A stretch of DNA of 30,437 nucleotides from Flavobacteriales bacterium (GTDB lineage: Bacteria; Bacteroidota; Bacteroidia; UBA10329). A model generated the notes under the pieces. The model worked only from the letters and a program-made list of their open reading frames with translations, was not told the DNA's origin and made no database searches. The translations under genes and the position numbers were made by a program. Shown here piece by piece: positions 23,876 to 30,437 of the stretch (within the stretch, counting starts at the first letter, position 1; each line of letters begins with the position of its first letter). Location: NCBI GenBank assembly GCA_003456455.1, contig DMRV01000121.1, forward strand, positions 1 through 30,437. The letters run 5' to 3'.

Positions 23876-26800
23876 ATGAAAAAAAATTTACTCCCTCTCG
23901 TTTCTGCTCTTCTTCTTGTTTTCATTAGCCCGTTGATGGGTGTTGGCCAGGTTTTCTGGACTGAAGATTTTGAAACGGACGGGGCAGGAGTCAGATATAC
24001 GTTAGATGCGGTTGATGATGAGTTCAATGACGGCTCATCTGATCATTACGGAAGAACAGACGGATTAGGAATAAGTGGTAGCTATTCTGGACAAAACGGA
24101 ATCTTCTTCTGGGCAGGGGAGGATATCGATGACAACGGAGGTAACGGGAACAATCCCAAGGCCGTCATCTTCAACAGCCAATCCATAGCTGGGATGACCG
24201 ATGTTCGAATATCGGGCCTTTTTGCTAGAGGAAGTGCTGGTGGAGGGGGTATTGACCAAGCTGATTACCTCCGTTTGGATTACCGAATTGATGGAGGGAG
24301 CTGGACTCCGGCCATTTGGTTCTCGGGTCAATCAGGCTCCAACAATGGTGCATATCTTGACACGGATTACGATGGTACGGGTGATGGGACGGCCCTGACG
24401 AATACTTTCGCTTCTTTCACTAAAGACATCTCGGTCAGTGGTTCTAACATTGAGTTGCGATTAGAAATGTCAATGAACTCAGGAAGTGAGGAGGTCGCCT
24501 ATGATTATTTACAACTTGAAAATACGAATCCAGTGGTTGGCGGAAACGACATTACCGTAACCCAGTCCACAGGCGGAACCATTACACCCGGCACAACTGC
24601 TGTAGCGGAAGGAGCCGACCAAGACTTTACTGCCACAGCAGATGCTTGCTACACCTTTACCAATTGGGTGGTAGATGGTTCGCCTGCCGGCAATTCCAAT
24701 CCGTACAGTTTTACCAACGTAACAGCACCGCACACCATTACTGCTGTGTACACGTCCGTGGCATCAAGCAATATTGTGGCCAGCGCGGGCGCCAACGGAA
24801 ACATCTCTCCAAGTGGCACTACTTCGGTTTCTTGCGGTGGCAGCCAATCTTACACCATTACACCAGATGTGGGTTATGGTGTATTGGATGTATTGGTAGA
24901 CGGTGTTTCGGTAGGGGCCGTTACCAGCTACGATTTTACCAATGTAACTACCGGCCATACCATCAGTGCCACGTTTGCCGAAGCGCCTTGTGCAAGCGTT
25001 GACTTTACTGGTTCTGGTAATAGTGGGTCTTATTTAACCCTTAACTGGACTGATAACTCGGTTGATTGGACAGCAACAGATGCCCGTGGCGATCAAGATT
25101 TGAACGGTAGCGAAGCTGTTACCCTGCGTAATGGGTCTTTAACCAACGATGCTTCTGTAGCAGGGGGCTGCGGCACTTTGAGTTTTGACTACGCTCGTGC
25201 CTTCACAGGAAATTCTACTCTTCAAGTATTTGTAAATGGCACACAGTACGGTGGAGATATTACAGTTTCTAACACCTCCTCTACTACATTCTCAGTTGTG
25301 GTAAACCAAACAGGTAATATTGATATTGAATTACGAAACAGCGGTAATCGAACTGTAATCAATAATCTTCAGTGGAGCTGTTATTCCCCGGCATTTCCGC
25401 CAGTCGACCTATCAGTATCTGCAAGCGCTGGTACCGAAGCAGGAGCAACTGCGATTACCGTTACAGCCACAGCGTCCTTTGCAGTAACTGGAGCGCAAAC
25501 GGTTGACCTTGCCGTAACAGGAACAAACATTACTGCTGGCGACTATACATTAAGTGGTACAACTATTACCATTGCAGATGGCGCTACAACTGGCACAGTA
25601 ACTTTTACTGTTGTAGACGATGCACTAACAGAGACCGCAGAAACAGCGACCCTCACAATTAGCAACCCAAGTGGTGGCGTTACCATTGGAAGCACAGCCA
25701 CACAGGATATTGATATTACCGATAATGACGCTCCGGTAATTGTGGCCGCGCCTACATCGCTTACTGGATTTAGTACGCCACAAGGCACTCCATCAGCATC
25801 GCAAACTTTTACACTAGAAGGAGACAATCTAAGCGGAGACCTCAGTATTGCCGCACTTACTGGCTTTGAATATTCGTTAGACAATACCACGTTTACCTCC
25901 ACGCTTACTGTACCTGTTTCTGGCGGTAATGTAACGGGAGAGCCTCGTACTATTTATGTACGATTAACAGGTGCTATCATTGGTACACCATCAGGCAATG
26001 CAGTTATATCTGGAGGCGGTGCCACTTCTGTTAATGTTGCGCTAGATGGAGCAGTAACCACACCACCAGCTGCGCCTTGTTCCGATTTGTTCATCTCAGA
26101 ATATGTAGAAGGAAGCAGCAACAACAAATACATAGAGATTTACAACCCAACGGCTAGTGCCATCGATCTTGGTACGGGAAATTACTCGCTCAGGTCATAC
26201 GCTAATGGCAGCTCTACCCCAGCCAACAATGCCTTGAGTGGTACGATTCCTGCTTTCGGCACCGTGGTTTATAAAAATTCCAGTGCTACCATTTATAGCG
26301 GCACAGCCACAGACAACAACTCCGTGAATTTCAACGGGGATGATGCAGTGGCCCTTGCAAAAGCTGGAACCAACATTGACATTTTCGGTAATATTGGTAA
26401 CGACCCAGGTTCTCAATGGAGTTTGAGTGGGAATAACACCCAGAATCAGACCCTTGTAAGAAACCCGGCTGTACAGATAGGTATAGATGCTGACCCAACC
26501 GGAACAGGCGCAGCTTCGTTTACAACATTAGGAACGGAATGGACCGAATTTGCAATAGACAATATTGCTGACCTTGGTAGTCATACCTGCGATTGTTTTG
26601 TGGCATTGCCATCTGTTACGTTAACCAGTAACACCACAGCAGGTACTGAAGCTGGAACAACGGCTATTACGCTTACAGCGACAGCAGATGTTGCCGTTAC
26701 AGGTAGCCAAACAGTTGTAGTTGCACTTAGCGGTACCGGCTTGGCATCAACTGACTTCACGGGCGTAAATTTCCTGTCCACCGTAAACATCACTATAGCG

Positions 26801-29800
26801 GATGGCGCGACAGTAGGAACAATCACTTTTAACGTAGCTGATGACTCTGACGTAGAAGGCAGCGAAACAGCCACCTTTACCATTGGTAGTCCATCTGCCG
26901 GTATTGTTGTGGGCACACCAAATGCAGTTGACCTTACCATTGCCGATGACGACAACCTTACATCCACGGAAAGCGTTATTATAGAACAAAGTGGAGAGGC
27001 AACCGGTATTTCTTCTGTTGTTAATGGAACCATTAACAACAACACAGACGGAACAGAAGTTTGGAGTTTTAACCTATACGATGGAGATGGTTCTAGCAAC
27101 GATGCGGATAACAAACCAACCATTTATGAAGGATTTACCATTCGTCAGTCTGGTGGCAATACGGTTCCAGCATGGGATGATGCAATTAGTAATGTAAAAT
27201 TCTTTCTTGGAGCTAGTGCAACTCCCATTTCGGGTTCGTTCTTGGTAAGCGCAAGTACCATTACATTCACGCCTACGACATCAATTACCGTTACAGATGG
27301 AACGACACCAGCTGTCATCTCAATGAGAATGACACTTGATGCAACACTTCCAGCTGGGTCAGACGGTCAACATTTTGGATTTAGCCTAGATGCTGCTGAT
27401 GTAACCACAGAGACAAATGTGTTACTTGCATCCCAGCTAGGAACGTTTACGGAACTAAGCGATGTCGCCCTCAATGGCATCGACATCGTAGCTACTCTAC
27501 AATTTATAGATGCACCGGCTGCGATTTCTATAGGCAGCAACTTTAGCGTAACGGTAAGTGCGGTTGATGCTAACGGTAATGTTGATACTGGCATCAGCAA
27601 CTCAATAACTCTGAGCCTTACCAGTGGCTCAGGAACACTTTCGGGTGCTCCAACTACAGCCAACCTTAGCAGCGGTACTCACACATTTACGGGGCTTAGC
27701 CACGATACGGAAGAACTCATTGAGATTACTGCAAACGATAACGGTAGCGTGTTTGCAGACCTCACAGCAAATATTAATGTGACAGATGAGCCAAATCAGT
27801 TGTTTGATGATTTCAACAGAGCGAATAACAATACCGTTGGAATCCCTAGCAGTGGAGGTTCTACTTCTTGGACAGAGGACGGCCTTTTCTCTAATGAAGC
27901 CCAACGAGTTGCCATTGATGGCAATGAACTCTATTTAGGTGGATGTGTAGCTGGGACTTCATCAGGTTCTTCTGGTAGCACTGGAATGGAACAAATACGT
28001 TTTAATGGAGAAACCTTGTATGAGACCATATTCGACAACGCAGGAGGATCGTTGGAGTGGTTGTTTAATATGAAACAGACACGTACTAATCCTTCTGGTT
28101 TTGGTGGAGGAACGTATGCGGCAGCAGTGGTACTTGGTTCTGACGAAAATGATTTCGAAAGTGTGAACGCTGATGGATACGCGGTTATTATTGGAAATGG
28201 CAGCACTCCTGACCCAGTGAAACTTATTCGTTTTGCTGGTGGTTTAAGCACAAATGTCAATGTTACTGATGTTGCAGTTTCAACTGAGATAGATGCAGAC
28301 GCTTACTATAGTGTTAAGGTTACTTACGATCCATGTACAGGAGAATGGAATTTGTTTGTACGAGATGATGGTACATCGGCCTTTGCCGCACCAAACGTAG
28401 GTAGTCTTGGTACGCCAGTCTCTGCTACAAATCAAACACATACTGGTCTTGACCTTAAATACTTTGGAGCAGGATGGCAGCATAGCAGTTCATGCGGGGA
28501 GTATCTACGTGTTGATAACCTCAACATACCTAACGCCACAACTGCATCTACCACCGCCAAACTTTGGAATGGTTCTGTAAATGCAGATTGGAATGAGGCG
28601 AATAACTGGGGCCCATGTCCTGGAGTTCCTACCAACACAAATGATGTAATTATTCCTAACGTGGCAACGCAGCCAGTTATAAGTGCTGCTGCACCAGCAG
28701 CTACATGTCAAAACCTTACCCTTAATGCAGGCGCGGACCTTACAATTAACGCAAACCGTTTCTTGAACGTGTGGGGCAACGTAGTGAACAATGGTGGTGC
28801 TGCTTTTGGAGATGGAACGCTTTCGATGGAAGGACCAAGCACACTTACACTCACAGGAAACGTGAATGTGGCTAACTACCACGTAAGCACAACAGTTACT
28901 CTGAATGGGACCGTAACAGTAAGCGATATTGCTCGCTCAGAAGTTGGTGGCGCGTTAGCAGCCAACGGAAACCTTGTTCTTGAAAACGGAGCACAGCTTC
29001 TACACGGAACAGGAACAACTTTCGGTGGTGGTACAGTTACCGGAAACATTGTAGTAAGACGCCAAGGCAATGTTTCTGGTGGTTTCAACGGTTGGAGCAC
29101 ACCAGTCGTAGGTGGAGGTCTTCCCGGCAGCAGTGGATATTTGTACAACTCATTATTAGGTACAAATAGCGGCACAGATGACAACAACCCTGACCCTGAT
29201 CCAGGATGGGTAGCGCACTCAGGTACAATGAGCGCTGGTAAGGGTTATTTCTCTACCAACGGTGCTTCTGCAACATTCACCGGTGTGGCCAATAATGGAA
29301 ACTATACGCCAAGTGTTACAAGTAGCACAGAGCTTATGACTTCAACAGATGCGCCAAGTGTCTTCAATCTTATTGGCAACCCATACCCATCATCGTTAGA
29401 TGCCGATCAGTTCATTGCAGACAACAGCTCAAACATAGATGGGGCATTGTATTTCTGGTCAGATGAAAACGCAGGAAGTGCCGCCTTCTCCACAGATGAT
29501 TACGCTACGTTCACTGGTGGCGGCTCTATTGTACCGATTTCATCAGGTGGGAGTGGTATCACCCCAGTAAGTAGCGTTCCATCATGCCAAGGTTTCTTTG
29601 TGAATTGTGAAACATCGGGCACCATCGATTTTAACAATGGCCAACGTGGTGGCAGCAATGGACAGTTCTTTAGAATGGCTGCTCAAAACGGTCAACGTAT
29701 GTGGCTAAGTATCAATAATGACAATTTGGAGCTGTTTAATCAAACGCTGGTTGCCTTTGATGAGTTTGCCACAGACCAGAAGGATTGGGGGGTAGATGCA

Positions 29801-30379
29801 TACAAGTTCCGTGGCAACCCTGCCATTTCTATCGGTGCACAGCAAAATGACGAAACCTATGTGATTGCTACGTATGAAGCTATTCCCCACACAGGTAAGG
29901 TTATTCCATTAATGACGTTCGTTGAAACTGCTGACACGTACACATTCGTTGCAGACAGCATGGAAGGGTTTGATAACCAAAACGTCTTTTTAGAAGACCT
30001 GAGTAATGGTTCGCTCTACCCAATGCAGCAAGGAGATTCGCACAGCTTTGCAATGACAAGCGCTGATGAGTTTAACCGGTTCCAATTGTGGTTTAGCCCT
30101 GTAAGTGGTACAGGTGTAAATGAATCTGACAACGGATTTCGCCTCTACGCCAATCCTAACAACACTATTGTAGTGGAAACAACTAGCGGAGATAACATGA
30201 ACGGAACAGTAGAAATAACGGATATGGCTGGTCGTAAAGTGCTCACAAACGACATTAGTATTACCAACGGTATTGGACGTTTACAAACAGCCGATTTTGC
30301 GAATGGCGTTTATGCAATTACATTTGTAAGCGCGGATGGCAATAACCGAACATCACAAAAAGTGGCTCTAGGCCAATAA
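23876..30379 (+). CDS. 2167-aa multidomain T9SS type-A cargo (adhesin-like surface protein) with InlB-B-like repeats, two Calx-beta domains, an LTD and Ig-like domains
   Basis: Signal peptide MGVG|Q; recognisable modules listed separately; late block 'WNGSVNADWNEANNW...GWSTPV...GKGY...FNLIGNPYPSSLDADQF', common in large Flavobacterial cargo; CTD 'LYANP...TDMAGRKV...FANGVY...QKVALGQ'. Confidence 0.88.
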   Translation: MKKNLLPLVSALLLVFISPLMGVGQVFWTEDFETDGAGVRYTLDAVDDEFNDGSSDHYGRTDGLGISGSYSGQNGIFFWAGEDIDDNGGNGNNPKAVIFNSQSIAGMTDVRISGLFARGSAGGGGIDQADYLRLDYRIDGGSWTPAIWFSGQSGSNNGAYLDTDYDGTGDGTALTNTFASFTKDISVSGSNIELRLEMSMNSGSEEVAYDYLQLENTNPVVGGNDITVTQSTGGTITPGTTAVAEGADQDFTATADACYTFTNWVVDGSPAGNSNPYSFTNVTAPHTITAVYTSVASSNIVASAGANGNISPSGTTSVSCGGSQSYTITPDVGYGVLDVLVDGVSVGAVTSYDFTNVTTGHTISATFAEAPCASVDFTGSGNSGSYLTLNWTDNSVDWTATDARGDQDLNGSEAVTLRNGSLTNDASVAGGCGTLSFDYARAFTGNSTLQVFVNGTQYGGDITVSNTSSTTFSVVVNQTGNIDIELRNSGNRTVINNLQWSCYSPAFPPVDLSVSASAGTEAGATAITVTATASFAVTGAQTVDLAVTGTNITAGDYTLSGTTITIADGATTGTVTFTVVDDALTETAETATLTISNPSGGVTIGSTATQDIDITDNDAPVIVAAPTSLTGFSTPQGTPSASQTFTLEGDNLSGDLSIAALTGFEYSLDNTTFTSTLTVPVSGGNVTGEPRTIYVRLTGAIIGTPSGNAVISGGGATSVNVALDGAVTTPPAAPCSDLFISEYVEGSSNNKYIEIYNPTASAIDLGTGNYSLRSYANGSSTPANNALSGTIPAFGTVVYKNSSATIYSGTATDNNSVNFNGDDAVALAKAGTNIDIFGNIGNDPGSQWSLSGNNTQNQTLVRNPAVQIGIDADPTGTGAASFTTLGTEWTEFAIDNIADLGSHTCDCFVALPSVTLTSNTTAGTEAGTTAITLTATADVAVTGSQTVVVALSGTGLASTDFTGVNFLSTVNITIADGATVGTITFNVADDSDVEGSETATFTIGSPSAGIVVGTPNAVDLTIADDDNLTSTESVIIEQSGEATGISSVVNGTINNNTDGTEVWSFNLYDGDGSSNDADNKPTIYEGFTIRQSGGNTVPAWDDAISNVKFFLGASATPISGSFLVSASTITFTPTTSITVTDGTTPAVISMRMTLDATLPAGSDGQHFGFSLDAADVTTETNVLLASQLGTFTELSDVALNGIDIVATLQFIDAPAAISIGSNFSVTVSAVDANGNVDTGISNSITLSLTSGSGTLSGAPTTANLSSGTHTFTGLSHDTEELIEITANDNGSVFADLTANINVTDEPNQLFDDFNRANNNTVGIPSSGGSTSWTEDGLFSNEAQRVAIDGNELYLGGCVAGTSSGSSGSTGMEQIRFNGETLYETIFDNAGGSLEWLFNMKQTRTNPSGFGGGTYAAAVVLGSDENDFESVNADGYAVIIGNGSTPDPVKLIRFAGGLSTNVNVTDVAVSTEIDADAYYSVKVTYDPCTGEWNLFVRDDGTSAFAAPNVGSLGTPVSATNQTHTGLDLKYFGAGWQHSSSCGEYLRVDNLNIPNATTASTTAKLWNGSVNADWNEANNWGPCPGVPTNTNDVIIPNVATQPVISAAAPAATCQNLTLNAGADLTINANRFLNVWGNVVNNGGAAFGDGTLSMEGPSTLTLTGNVNVANYHVSTTVTLNGTVTVSDIARSEVGGALAANGNLVLENGAQLLHGTGTTFGGGTVTGNIVVRRQGNVSGGFNGWSTPVVGGGLPGSSGYLYNSLLGTNSGTDDNNPDPDPGWVAHSGTMSAGKGYFSTNGASATFTGVANNGNYTPSVTSSTELMTSTDAPSVFNLIGNPYPSSLDADQFIADNSSNIDGALYFWSDENAGSAAFSTDDYATFTGGGSIVPISSGGSGITPVSSVPSCQGFFVNCETSGTIDFNNGQRGGSNGQFFRMAAQNGQRMWLSINNDNLELFNQTLVAFDEFATDQKDWGVDAYKFRGNPAISIGAQQNDETYVIATYEAIPHTGKVIPLMTFVETADTYTFVADSMEGFDNQNVFLEDLSNGSLYPMQQGDSHSFAMTSADEFNRFQLWFSPVSGTGVNESDNGFRLYANPNNTIVVETTSGDNMNGTVEITDMAGRKVLTNDISITNGIGRLQTADFANGVYAITFVSADGNNRTSQKVALGQ
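24545..24975 (+). repeat. Two tandem InlB-B-like (bacterial repeat) domains
   Basis: 'ITVTQSTGGTITPGTTAV..GADQDFTATADACYTFTNWVVDG...Y.FTNVTAPHTITAVY' and 'IVASAGANGNISPSGTTSV..GGSQSYTITPDVGYGVLDVLVDG...YDFTNVTTGHTISATF'. Confidence 0.75.
25403..25729 (+). repeat. Calx-beta domain, copy 1
   Basis: 'SASAGTEAGATAITVTATAS...DY...TITIADGATTGTVTFTVVDDALTETAETATLTI...DITDND'. Confidence 0.8.
26078..26596 (+). other. Lamin-tail domain within the giant protein, paralogous to 15645-16215
   Basis: 'CSDLFISEYVEGSSNNKYIEIYNPT...SGTIPAFGT...FNGDDAV...GNDPG..W...TLVR...EW....LGSHTCDC'. Confidence 0.85.
26615..26953 (+). repeat. Calx-beta domain, copy 2
   Basis: 'TTAGTEAGTTAITLTATAD...TDF...ITIADGATVGTITFNVADDSDVEGSETATFTI...LTIADDD'; clearly homologous to copy 1. 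Confidence 0.8.
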
Positions 30380-30390
30380 ATAGAACTGAT

Positions 30391-30437
30391 ATGAAAAGAT
30401 TACTCGCAGCTCTTCCACTTCTTATTGTCTTCGTTTT
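30391..30437 (+). CDS. 5' fragment of an exported protein (MKRLLAALPLLIVFV...), truncated by the window edge
   Basis: ATG 11 bp after the giant gene's stop; basic n-region plus hydrophobic h-region; no stop before the window end. Confidence 0.7.
   Translation, partial: MKRLLAALPLLIVFV

Noticed and set aside
25085-25093. RGD tripeptide in the giant protein (another occurs in the upstream DUF6089)
   Set aside because: A single RGD in more than 2000 aa is plausible by chance, and nothing here indicates an animal-host context.
26581-27123. 180-aa minus-strand ORF and similar antisense ORFs within 24065-29890
   Set aside because: Antisense to Thr/Ala/Gly-rich repeats of the giant gene, whose codon bias suppresses stops on the opposite strand; no independent coding signal.
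1-30437. CRISPR array, tRNA/rRNA, IS element, integrase or prophage genes
   Set aside because: No regularly spaced repeats, T-loop/cloverleaf motifs, transposase or integrase motifs, or terminal inverted repeats were seen; the window is densely coding, and its repeats are protein-domain repeats.

Overview
Bacteroidota (Flavobacteriales-like) chromosomal window, with no rRNA, tRNA, CRISPR array or mobile element detected. The left 8.7 kb is a minus-strand outer-membrane biogenesis cluster: CBS/ACT protein, single-POTRA Omp85 protein, NAD kinase, two tandem DUF6089/PorG-like barrels, uppS, bamA, skp/ompH and the first 5 codons of another gene. Next come pdxJ and a YbfF-like esterase, which converge on a bidirectional terminator. 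A compact minus-strand three-gene operon then encodes a lamin-tail-domain (LTD) T9SS cargo protein, a SusD-less TonB-dependent receptor and a T9SS-secreted endonuclease I. This is the best candidate for an undescribed system, an extracellular nucleic-acid capture, degradation and uptake module. The right half holds a small beta-barrel, a DUF5686-like protein with a metallophosphoesterase, and an SGNH hydrolase / VAT-1-like reductase / desaturase-hydroxylase operon. It ends with a 2167-aa multidomain T9SS surface protein carrying a paralogous LTD. The single-POTRA Omp85 gene has an in-frame signal peptide and POTRA start upstream of the called ORF but no ATG/GTG/TTG. All family calls come from motif recognition, not database searches.
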